Shown here: piece by piece, positions 15,531 through 23,124 of the stretch
Layout of the letters: each line of letters starts with the position of its first letter
How positions within the stretch are numbered: the stretch's first letter is position 1
Source: Candidatus Hadarchaeales archaeon
GTDB lineage: Archaea > Hadarchaeota > Hadarchaeia > Hadarchaeales > Hadarchaeaceae
Length of the DNA stretch: 32,000 nt
Assembly: GCA_038823825.1 (NCBI GenBank)
Contig: JAWBCC010000001.1
Span: forward strand, 300,001-332,000
Direction of reading: 5' to 3'
The notes under the pieces: generated by a model
Seen by the model: only the letters and a program-made list of their open reading frames with translations
What the model was told of the DNA's origin: nothing
The model's database searches: none
Translations under genes and position numbers: made by a program

Positions 15531-16681
15531 TGTTCTATGGGTTTTCCTCCCTTCATTATCGTCAAACCGTCGACCGTGACTTCTCCGTCACGCATATCCT
15601 TAATCATGTCGAGATGACAAGAAGCCTTGTTCTTTCCGTGATATGCTCCTCTATTGTTTCCTATCGCAATGTGTATTGTTCCGAAAATTTTTTCATCAAT
15701 GATAATGCTTCCACCAGTATATCTCGCCATCCTATTTGTACCAATCCCAAACTCCGCTATTCTGTCCTTTTCTCCAGTGTTCGCATCTAGAAATTTTTTA
15801 AATGCTTCTTCACCCATTTCCGCTTCGAACTTCTCGATTTTGCCATTTTCAAATGTTAATCGCAGTTGTTTAACTTTTCCAAAGCCAGGAATCGCAATCT
15901 CATCGAAAAAGATTTCTCCCTTTGCAGAGGTCTCTATTGGAGCAACAAAAACTTCACCAGCTGGAATGTTTACCCCAACATCTCCGCGCTTTAAATCCTC
16001 CTCAGATAGTATTCCGTCATCCACTAAAATAGGTCTCTTTTTTATGCTGAAGCAGAGATCGGTGCCGTCATCGGCCGTTATTCTGACTTCTTTTCTGTTT
16101 TCCAACGATTTCCTGTAGACTTCACAAGTTTCCAACAATCTCTCCCGGAAAGTTTCCCTTATGCAGTCAAAGAAAATCTCGCGGAACTTCTTGACAGGAA
16201 ATCCGTAGCCTTTTGCCGCGCCCGGTACTGGCCATCCAAAGTATGCCCACCTTACTTTTCTTTTGTCTAAGATCTCCCTTATTTTCTCCCGCACGGGTGC
16301 GGAAAGTCGGAGTTTGTGGGCCAACCCTCTAGCCCAATTTGGATCGTCTTCTTCTCCTATGTAAATCGTGACATCTACGCTCTTTGCCAAGGCTTCGCTT
16401 ATTTTACTCATTTCTGAAAGCGAGTCTTCTGGTTTAAGCTCGTAACACCTTCTGTCTCTTATTGAGGAATCTGGAATCATTAAGGTATGAGCTCCGACTT
16501 TCCAGCACTCCTCTTCAATTATTTCCGCGAATCTCACACACGAGGGATCGGTAATATTGTAAAGAATTCTCACATTTTCATATCTTTTGCCTTTTTTTCC
16601 AATCTTCATGTTTTTTGTTACAAACTTTTCTGCAATTTGGCGCATTTCCCTTTCGGACAATTCGTCGTGCACTTTAGTCAC
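15527..16681 (-). CDS. M29 family aminopeptidase (AmpS/PepS/aminopeptidase T-like)
   Basis: 384 aa. Motifs AGEVFVAPIE, EFGIGTN, GTIHIAIGNN and CHLDMI are typical of thermophilic metalloprotease M29. The GTG start overlaps the upstream stop as GTGA. Confidence 0.8.
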   Translation of the reverse strand: MTKVHDELSEREMRQIAEKFVTKNMKIGKKGKRYENVRILYNITDPSCVRFAEIIEEECWKVGAHTLMIPDSSIRDRRCYELKPEDSLSEMSKISEALAKSVDVTIYIGEEDDPNWARGLAHKLRLSAPVREKIREILDKRKVRWAYFGWPVPGAAKGYGFPVKKFREIFFDCIRETFRERLLETCEVYRKSLENRKEVRITADDGTDLCFSIKKRPILVDDGILSEEDLKRGDVGVNIPAGEVFVAPIETSAKGEIFFDEIAIPGFGKVKQLRLTFENGKIEKFEAEMGEEAFKKFLDANTGEKDRIAEFGIGTNRMARYTGGSIIIDEKIFGTIHIAIGNNRGAYHGKNKASCHLDMIKDMRDGEVTVDGLTIMKGGKPIEH

Positions 16682-17406
16682 CCAATGTATTCTACACCTT
16701 CTTCTTTCTTTTCCTCCGGCTGTTCAGGTATTCTCTCTCTGAAAACGCTAAGTTGTTCTAAAAGCTCCGATGAATCAATTTTAAATCCAAGAATAGATGC
16801 CATAGCTGCTATCACATTGTTGGATGCCACTGGGTCGATCAATCCACCCGCTGTTACTCCAAGCAGGCAGAAGCCCTCTATACCCCGAAGAGCTGCTAAG
16901 GCAGGCAGAAGACCATTCATCCCAACGATCACACCACCCGTAAGGATTTCAATTCCTTTTTCTTTCAATAAGTTAATCATCTTTTTGCTGGTCGCAGTTC
17001 CAACTACTTGAGACCTAACACTTTCTCCAGAACCCTTTACATATGCTGCCATTGTTCCCAAAGTCTCTACGGATTCCTTCTCGAGAAGATCCAATATTTC
17101 TCCGCTCAGCACGTATTGTCCGACCGGAGAGGTGGCTTGTGCATCTGAGGTAATCAAAATAAGATGGAAGTCCGAGTTCCTTGGCATGCAATAGTAAAAA
17201 TCAATATTAACAGTTCTTATGTCTCCTTCATCCGGCAAGCCCCATTCTGGAAGATGTTCGGAGACTATCTCTGCGAATTTTTTTGCTTTGAATTTGTGAA
17301 TCATAAAGTCTGCAGCGAGCTTCCCCACGTTTGCAATACCGGGCAAGCCAGCTACAGCTTTGGGCTTTTTCAGCCTTGGCTTTTCCAGATATATGATTTT
17401 TCCCAT
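16678..17406 (-). CDS. PAC2 / proteasome assembly chaperone family protein (DUF75, PbaA/B-like)
   Basis: 242 aa. The N-terminal KKPKAVAGLPGIANVGKLAADFMI and the GLLPALAALRGIEGFCLLG region resemble archaeal PAC2-family proteins. The tail is acidic. Confidence 0.7.
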   Translation of the reverse strand: MGKIIYLEKPRLKKPKAVAGLPGIANVGKLAADFMIHKFKAKKFAEIVSEHLPEWGLPDEGDIRTVNIDFYYCMPRNSDFHLILITSDAQATSPVGQYVLSGEILDLLEKESVETLGTMAAYVKGSGESVRSQVVGTATSKKMINLLKEKGIEILTGGVIVGMNGLLPALAALRGIEGFCLLGVTAGGLIDPVASNNVIAAMASILGFKIDSSELLEQLSVFRERIPEQPEEKKEEGVEYIG

Positions 17407-17431
17407 CTGCTAAATCTAAACCACTCAGCGG

Positions 17432-17438
17432 TTTATAA
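17432..17438. promoter_or_regulatory. Shared TATA box (TTTATAA) for divergent PAC2 and MBL genes
   Basis: This is the only TATA-like element in the 50-nt spacer. It is centred 29 nt from the minus-strand ATG at 17406, and 22 and 28 nt from the plus-strand ATGs at 17457 and 17463. The core TTATAA is palindromic. Confidence 0.45.
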
Positions 17439-17456
17439 CTTAAACGGTTCAGTAAA

Positions 17457-18440
17457 ATGAGGATGAAGAGTTTTGTCATTGGGGAAGGGAAAATCTCCGT
17501 TCAACCGCTTGCATTTGAAAGCCTCGGTGTGCGGGGAATGAGTACCCTTGTAAAAACCGATGATGTAACTGTTTTGATCGATCCTGGTTCTGCATTGGGT
17601 CCAAGGTTTAATCTAAGTCCGCATCGGCTAGAATATATTGCCTTAGCAGCATCAAAGAAAAACATAATCCGGGCGGCTAGAAAAGCCGATGTTATTGTGA
17701 TTACTCACTATCATCACGATCATTACACACCTTTTTTTCATGAATGGACCTGGCTTTGGAGTTCGCCCGAGATGGCTGAGAAAATCTACAGCGGTAAGCT
17801 GATTCTGGCCAAAGACATTTCCGAAAACATAAATCCCGCGCAAAGAAGACGTGGCTACCTCCTCTGGAAAAAAATATCAGAAATTGCCGAAGTAAAGCCA
17901 GCCGATGGAAAAACTTTCGATTTTGGAAGCACTGTTCTTAAATTTTCAAAACCAGTTCCTCATGGTTTTACAAAGAATGGTCAAGGCAATGTTTTAATGC
18001 TTTCGTTGAAAAGCGACAACGAGTGCGCTCTTCATGCTTCTGATGTCCAGGGACCGATTGACGAAAAAGTTACCAAAATGGTTCTTCGGGAAAAACCAAA
18101 ACTCGCAATAATCGGTGGGCCCCCCTTGTATCTCCTTGGATTTAAAATAGGAGAGAAAGAAATGGAATTAGCTGAGCGCAATTTACGTTCGATATCGCGA
18201 AAAACCGAAGTGGTTGTTGTAGATCATCACCTTCTACGATCGGCCGATTATGCGGAGTTTCTGAATCCAATTGTCATGGAAGCCAAACGAATGGGACATA
18301 GGGTTTGCACAGCTTCAGAGTTAGTGGGACTAGAGACACGTTTGTTGGAAGCGAGAAGAAGAGAGCTTCATCAAAGCGAACCTATGCATAGAGAATGGTA
18401 TAAGAAGCTGAAAGAGATGGTTGCTTGGGATGAACTATAG
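17457..18440 (+). CDS. MBL-fold metal-dependent hydrolase (archaeal UPF0282-like)
   Basis: 327 aa. It has the motif ITHYHHDH (HxHxDH) preceded by VLIDPGSALG, plus a later HASDVQGP and VVDHHLLR. The ATG at 17463 is an alternative start. Confidence 0.75.
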   Translation: MRMKSFVIGEGKISVQPLAFESLGVRGMSTLVKTDDVTVLIDPGSALGPRFNLSPHRLEYIALAASKKNIIRAARKADVIVITHYHHDHYTPFFHEWTWLWSSPEMAEKIYSGKLILAKDISENINPAQRRRGYLLWKKISEIAEVKPADGKTFDFGSTVLKFSKPVPHGFTKNGQGNVLMLSLKSDNECALHASDVQGPIDEKVTKMVLREKPKLAIIGGPPLYLLGFKIGEKEMELAERNLRSISRKTEVVVVDHHLLRSADYAEFLNPIVMEAKRMGHRVCTASELVGLETRLLEARRRELHQSEPMHREWYKKLKEMVAWDEL

Positions 18441-18461
18441 TATGCTCCGAAATCAATTTCT

Positions 18462-20303
18462 TTACATTTTCTCCGGAGCGGGAATTCCCATGAGATCTAA
18501 GGAATTACGTAGGACGATTCTAACGCAATCAACCAGTGCGAGTCTAGACTCCCTGAGTTCTGATGGAGTGGCCGTAAGAACAGGGGATGTTTCGTAGAAT
18601 CTGTTGAATTCCTGTGCAAGTTCGGAAGTGTAAACAGCTAACAAATGTGGTTGGAGATTCTCTCCAGCTATTTTCAGGATTGTCGGAAACTTTGCCAGTA
18701 GAATTATCAGCTTTTTCTCGCTTGGGGTAACAAGAAGCTCACCACGGATCCTGAGTTTTCTCAATTTACCAGCCTTTCGGAGTATGCTGCAGGCTCTGGC
18801 ATGTGAATATTGTATAGCCGGACCACTATTCTTGTTGAGGTCGAGAGCTTCTTCCCATTTGAAAACTATCTTTTTCTCGGGTGATGTGGCGAGCAACGAA
18901 TATCTGATGGCTCCGATTCCAACGAGTTTTGCCACTCGGCGCCAGAATCTCTCTTTTTCATTCGGTGCATGCTCTTTAACGACTTGATATGCTCTTTCTA
19001 TAGCTTCGTCCAAAACCTCGTCTACCGAGTATCCAACCCATGTTCCCTTTCTCCCCGAGAATTTTTCCGTAGGTAGCCACACGTGTTCATATGCTAAATG
19101 GTACGAATTTTGATACTCTTCTTCGTATCCGAGTAGCTTTAAGGCAGCGAAAACCACCTGCTGCGGGTAACGTTGCTCGGCGCCTATGATGTTTATGACT
19201 TTTGTGATGTTTTTCCGAATTTTGACAATTTTTCCATCCGGAGCGGTCGTATATGTCTTTTTTCCGCCAGGACGTATGGAGTGAAGCTTGATTTTGGGGT
19301 TACGGGAGATTTTTCCAAACTTCCAGAGCTGGTAAGCGATGTCTCTCGCTGTGTACACGGTGGTGCCATCTGACCTGAGCAAAATTTTGTCTTCTAAGCC
19401 AAGCGGAGAAAGCCTCAAAAGAAAAGCACCCTCCTTTTCACCAGTCCCCACGTACATATGTGGTTTAAGCATATCTAGGGCTTCCTGTACGATCCCTTCT
19501 CTGACGAGATCGCTCTCCCATACAAGCATGTTGTAGGAAATCCCAAGTTTGTCTGTGGTTTTTAAATTCTCTTTTACGCATCGCTCAGCCAACTTTCTTG
19601 CTCTTTTTGCCACTTTTCCTTCGCCTTTTTCCAGTTCAGCCAGGACGATTTCTATCTCTTTTTCCAGTTCCTTATTTTCTTCAAGCATTTTGTGAAATGA
19701 AGCATATAGAAGACCGAGCATGTGGTCGAACTTTGTTTTCGGTTTTTCTTTGATCTTCTCGTAAGCTACAAGTGTTTCGGCCATCTGCCGCCCCATGTCA
19801 TCGATGTAATTATGGACTTCTACCTCGTAACCGAGTGCGTCCATTATTCTAGCAACCGTGTCGCCCAAGATAGCATTTCTACCGTGTCCTATGTGGAGTG
19901 GTTTGGTCGGATTTATGCTGGTATGTTCTACTACAACCTTGAGGTTTTTCTTTTCCGATCGTCCATATTTTTCGTTCAACTTTCTGATGGTTTTCAGGAC
20001 GATCTCTGCAAGTAGAGGGGTCTTGGCGAAAAAGTTTAGGTAACCGCTCACAGGTTCGACTTTTTCTACGAGTTCAGGAAGCACAATATTGTTGACGATT
20101 TTCACGGCAAGGTCTGCTGGAGGAATTTTTTCAGTTCTCGCAAGCTCGAAGCAGATAGTTGAAGCGAGATCTCCCAGTTTTGGGTCGGGAGGTTCTTCAA
20201 GCGTTTCCTCTACGGTTCTCAGTGGTTTTAGTCCTAGTTTTTCTACAGCATCGGACACAGCCTTGGAAACTTGGTCTTTGAATACTTCCCAAGGAGCGTT
20301 CAT
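18462..20303 (-). CDS. argS: Arginine--tRNA ligase
   Basis: It carries the class I HIGH motif (PTKPLHIGHGRNAILGD), DDMGRQ, the anticodon-binding DALR region and the characteristic C-terminal ...PEKM. The ORF-track start at 20330 is TTG; the ATG at 20303 (MNAPWEVF...) is preferred. Confidence 0.93.
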   Translation of the reverse strand: MNAPWEVFKDQVSKAVSDAVEKLGLKPLRTVEETLEEPPDPKLGDLASTICFELARTEKIPPADLAVKIVNNIVLPELVEKVEPVSGYLNFFAKTPLLAEIVLKTIRKLNEKYGRSEKKNLKVVVEHTSINPTKPLHIGHGRNAILGDTVARIMDALGYEVEVHNYIDDMGRQMAETLVAYEKIKEKPKTKFDHMLGLLYASFHKMLEENKELEKEIEIVLAELEKGEGKVAKRARKLAERCVKENLKTTDKLGISYNMLVWESDLVREGIVQEALDMLKPHMYVGTGEKEGAFLLRLSPLGLEDKILLRSDGTTVYTARDIAYQLWKFGKISRNPKIKLHSIRPGGKKTYTTAPDGKIVKIRKNITKVINIIGAEQRYPQQVVFAALKLLGYEEEYQNSYHLAYEHVWLPTEKFSGRKGTWVGYSVDEVLDEAIERAYQVVKEHAPNEKERFWRRVAKLVGIGAIRYSLLATSPEKKIVFKWEEALDLNKNSGPAIQYSHARACSILRKAGKLRKLRIRGELLVTPSEKKLIILLAKFPTILKIAGENLQPHLLAVYTSELAQEFNRFYETSPVLTATPSELRESRLALVDCVRIVLRNSLDLMGIPAPEKM

Positions 20304-20376
20304 CACGCACTCATTTCGAAATTTCACCAATAAAGTTTTTTGAGTGCAGGAACATGCTCATGATTCTTTTTCAACA

Positions 20377-20387
20377 ATATTTAAATA
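20377..20387 (+). promoter_or_regulatory. TATA box candidate (ATATTTAAATA) for the membrane-protein/DUF4430 pair
   Basis: It is centred about 30 nt upstream of the ATG at 20412. It has the same ATTTAAATA core as the element at 12138. A second copy at 20402-20410 abuts the start codon. Confidence 0.4.
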
Positions 20388-20411
20388 GGATGATATCGCC
20401 AATTTAAATAG

Positions 20412-20987
20412 ATGAAAAATCAGATTTATCAAAGGATAACTGCTCTGCTAACAGTTGCATTGATATTGGTGATTTTCAATAAGATAGTGCTTAGCAGGTG
20501 GGGTCTTCCAAATGTCGAGTTGATAATTCCCGTGCTCGTAATTTTCGGTTGCTATTCAAATTGTTGGAAACTCTCCATGTTGACAATTCTATTGGTGGCC
20601 GTCTTGGACATCCTACTTTGGGGATTTCATCCGATTTATCTTTTCACGTGGTCCGGATTTGCATTTTGTTGGTATTTCTGGGGGAGAAATGCATTTGACC
20701 CATTTTCGAGCACGCGCAGAATTCTGAAAAGAGCGTCCATCTCAGTTCTCGCTTCCATACTTTTCTTTGATCTCTACACGGCGATAGGGTGCTGGCTCTT
20801 GTGGTACCCAAAAACGTTATCAGGGCTTGTGGCAACATATGTCGCTCAGGTCCCGTTTACTCTATATCATCTGCTCTCGCTTGGGTTTGTTTCACCTTTA
20901 GTCCTGTTGGGTAAGAAAATCTCAAGAGTGCCCATAACAGTTCCAGTTGCTGTTAGAGTGGGAACATGCAGGAGAGTGAGCAGATGA
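20412..20987 (+). CDS. Hypothetical polytopic membrane protein, possibly a vitamin/ECF S-component-like transporter
   Basis: 191 aa, about 5-6 TM helices, Trp/Phe-rich. It is ATGA-coupled to a DUF4430 gene. The function is guessed from that partnership only. Confidence 0.55.
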   Translation: MKNQIYQRITALLTVALILVIFNKIVLSRWGLPNVELIIPVLVIFGCYSNCWKLSMLTILLVAVLDILLWGFHPIYLFTWSGFAFCWYFWGRNAFDPFSSTRRILKRASISVLASILFFDLYTAIGCWLLWYPKTLSGLVATYVAQVPFTLYHLLSLGFVSPLVLLGKKISRVPITVPVAVRVGTCRRVSR

Positions 20988-21400
20988 AATCAATAAAAAC
21001 AACCGTTCTGGTAGTTCTGGTAGCAGTTTTTTCTGTTTCTCTTTTGGAATATTTCTTGTTCTACGGTCAACCATCTTCGGTGAGAGAAAATCAAGCAATA
21101 CAAGTTCACATCTCCATAGTTGAAGTTGGAGAAGAAAACTTCATCCTTAAGGACAACATTCTTCTGCTCTCCTCTGGTTCCACAGCCTTAGATGCTCTTT
21201 TAAGAATCGCCGAAGTTCAATACACAAGTTATCCGGGAATGGGTGTTTTTGTCAATTCTATCGATGGGAAAGCTAACACGGCAACAAAATGGTGGCTTTA
21301 CAAGGTCAATAACGTTTACGTTAATGTTTCCGCTAGCCGCTGTATTTTAGAAAACGGAGACAACGTTGTCTGGGAATATACTTCATTCTTTCCGTTCTAA
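20984..21400 (+). CDS. DUF4430 (transcobalamin-like) domain protein with N-terminal signal/anchor
   Basis: The C-terminal ALDALLRIAEV...GMGVFVNSIDGKANTATKWWLYKVNNVYVNVSASRCILENGDNVVWEY fits the DUF4430 pattern. The ATG at 20984 overlaps the upstream stop (ATGA) and gives the N-terminus MKSIKTTVLVVLVAVFSV. An alternative ATG lies at 20966. Confidence 0.7.
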   Translation: MKSIKTTVLVVLVAVFSVSLLEYFLFYGQPSSVRENQAIQVHISIVEVGEENFILKDNILLLSSGSTALDALLRIAEVQYTSYPGMGVFVNSIDGKANTATKWWLYKVNNVYVNVSASRCILENGDNVVWEYTSFFPF

Positions 21401-21586
21401 CACTATCGGAATCTTCTCTTTTTCTCTCTCAAAAATCCAATATCCACAAATGGCTCCGAGAAAGAATATGATAAAGAACATGAAAACCGCGGCGAGCGTA
21501 TTCCAAGAATTGATATAATATGCCACGAGAACCGCAGCACAAACGATCATGATGAACCAAGTTATCTCAGCCATTTCTTTCCACAT
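21383..21586 (-). CDS. Hypothetical small membrane protein (2 TM)
   Basis: 67 aa with two clear hydrophobic helices and a charged tail (EREKEKIPIVLERKE). It has its own TATA-like element (minus strand GTTATATAC) about 30 nt upstream. It overlaps the convergent DUF4430 3' end by 18 nt. Confidence 0.5.
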   Translation of the reverse strand: MWKEMAEITWFIMIVCAAVLVAYYINSWNTLAAVFMFFIIFFLGAICGYWIFEREKEKIPIVLERKE

Positions 21587-21634
21587 GTTCTCATAATTGT
21601 TGAAGATGTTGACGTATATAACTTGTTTTCTTTT

Positions 21635-22084
21635 TCATGGTTCCACAAAGGAGGTCTCCTTTTCAGTTTTCAGGACCACGAATGTTTTACTGCCGCTTAT
21701 CCCTGGCAGCTTGTCGATTTCGTGTAGAAAGACATTCAGCTGTTCGGTGTCGCTCACGATGACCTTTAAGAGTAAATCATGTTCACCAGCCATTTCATGA
21801 ATCTCAAGGATCTCCGGTCTTTCACGAAGTTTTCCGATAACCTCCGGACACGCACCTGGCTCGGTAGAAACGCCAACGAACGCTTTCAGTCCCTTACCTA
21901 GCATTTTAGGATCGACAATTGCGCAGATTCTCTTTATTACGCCTCTTCTCTTGAGCTCCTTCAGTCTTTTGTGGACGGCCGCCTTGCTTATCCCCAATTT
22001 GGCGGAAATCTGTGAATAAGGTGTTTCGGCATTTTCTTGCAGGATTTTCAATATTCTTCTATCGAGCTCGTCGAGTTCTCGCAT
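21635..22084 (-). CDS. Lrp/AsnC family transcriptional regulator
   Basis: 149 aa. An N-terminal wHTH (LDRRILKILQENAETPYSQISAKLGISKAAVHKRLKELKRRGVI) is followed by a C-terminal RAM/ACT-like domain (EILEIHEMAGEHDLLLKV). Confidence 0.92.
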   Translation of the reverse strand: MRELDELDRRILKILQENAETPYSQISAKLGISKAAVHKRLKELKRRGVIKRICAIVDPKMLGKGLKAFVGVSTEPGACPEVIGKLRERPEILEIHEMAGEHDLLLKVIVSDTEQLNVFLHEIDKLPGISGSKTFVVLKTEKETSFVEP

Positions 22085-22107
22085 CCAGAACTATATACCA
22101 AAAATCG

Positions 22108-22115
22108 TTTTTAAA
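22108..22115 (-). promoter_or_regulatory. TATA box candidate for the lrp-family gene
   Basis: Minus-strand TTTAAAAA is centred about 27 nt upstream of the ATG at 22084, implying a leaderless transcript. Confidence 0.4.
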
Positions 22116-22128
22116 CTTTTTTATTTTG

Positions 22129-22164
22129 GTAAACAAAATTTACTAAACATCTCATTTTAGTAAA
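22129..22164. promoter_or_regulatory. Nested palindromes, candidate Lrp-family operator
   Basis: Two palindromes share a half-site. The first is GTAAA-caaaa-TTTAC (22129-22143). The second is TTTACTAAA-N8-TTTAGTAAA (22139-22164). They lie between the lrp TATA and the TTTATATAT element of the his operon. Confidence 0.45.
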
Positions 22165-22165
22165 C

Positions 22166-22174
22166 TTTATATAT
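22166..22174 (+). promoter_or_regulatory. TATA box candidate (TTTATATAT) for the twin-GGGGD gene / his operon
   Basis: It is centred about 34 nt upstream of the ATG at 22204, and a GGAGGTGA SD sits at 22193-22200. The spacing between TATA, SD and ATG is slightly tight, so the TSS is uncertain. Confidence 0.4.
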
Positions 22175-22203
22175 CGAGGAAAAGATATCGTCGGAGGTGA
22201 AAA

Positions 22204-23124
22204 ATGGTGCCGAAAGGGGTGTCTGCTGCTCTAGTAGTCGGGATAGGCGGAGGAGGAGACATAGTGAGCGCGATACCTGTCCGTAATTACCTGAAAAGAC
22301 TCGGCATCAGAGTTTTACTCGGAGGATTAACTTGGGAAAGATATGTTGTTGATCCACAACCCGGGCCACGCAAGCTTTCAGAGATTCAGAATATCGAGCC
22401 ACTTTCTGAAACTTCTGCATTGGCATCGTCTGCCACCGTTTCTACTAAGGGCATCCGTTTCACGGCCTCGAAAGTTTCAGAGTTTCTTGGAGAAAAGGTA
22501 CTGCTTTTGGATCCAAATCTTGGTGTCCGTGGTTTGATTCGTGGAATTTCTGCAGCCATTAAAAAATTTAATCTCGATATGGTTGTTGGAGTGGACGGAG
22601 GCGGAGATGTGCTGATTTCAGGAGAAGAGAAAAACATACGCAGTCCTCTTCTTGACAGCATGATGCTTGCCACGCTAGCTTCACTTGATTCTGCCACTCT
22701 TCTAGCGGTGATTGGCTGTTGTACCGATGGAGAACTCACGTTAGAGGAGTTTATGCGCCAGTTGGCTAGAATAGCGAGATTCGGCGGGCTTATAGGAGCA
22801 TTTGGTTTGGTTAAGGAGGACGCAGAAATGATGGAAAGAATAGTACCAAATACTTCTTCAGAGGTGAGTAGACTAATTCTGGCAGCTTGGAGAGGAGAGT
22901 TTGGATGTTTCAAAATTCGTGGTGGAACGAGAGAAGCTGAGGTGACACCGTTTGCAACTATCACTTTTCTGATAGACCCCATTGTGGTCTTTCGTGAGGT
23001 GAACCCTGTTGCAAAACAACTGGTCGAAACGGAATCTCTGGAGGAAGCAAACGAAGTATTGCGGAAAGCAGGTCTATTCACCGAGCTAGATTTTGAAAGG
23101 TCATTAAAAGGTGGTGATCTATGA
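22204..23124 (+). CDS. Conserved hypothetical protein with twin GGGGD loops (possibly DUF1152 family)
   Basis: 306 aa. It has two glycine-rich motifs, VVGIGGGGDIVSA and VVGVDGGGDVLISG. The start has a strong SD, and the stop overlaps the hisC ATG as ATGA. The family name is from memory and unverified. Confidence 0.8.
   Translation: MVPKGVSAALVVGIGGGGDIVSAIPVRNYLKRLGIRVLLGGLTWERYVVDPQPGPRKLSEIQNIEPLSETSALASSATVSTKGIRFTASKVSEFLGEKVLLLDPNLGVRGLIRGISAAIKKFNLDMVVGVDGGGDVLISGEEKNIRSPLLDSMMLATLASLDSATLLAVIGCCTDGELTLEEFMRQLARIARFGGLIGAFGLVKEDAEMMERIVPNTSSEVSRLILAAWRGEFGCFKIRGGTREAEVTPFATITFLIDPIVVFREVNPVAKQLVETESLEEANEVLRKAGLFTELDFERSLKGGDL

Noticed and set aside
20379-20410. Recurring ATTTAAATA 9-mers (12138, 20379, 20402), considered as repeat or mobile-element termini
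   Set aside because: They are short and AT-rich, and mostly positioned about 27-30 nt upstream of start codons; the copy at 20402 abuts the start codon. There are no flanking inverted repeats, target duplications or transposase. They are best read as this organism's consensus TATA box.
22386-23081. 231-aa minus-strand ORF covering most of the twin-GGGGD gene, raising the question of which strand is coding
   Set aside because: The plus-strand ORF has a GGAGGTGA SD, an ATGA junction with hisC and a balanced composition. The minus-strand product is S/T/P/R-rich with no translation signals.
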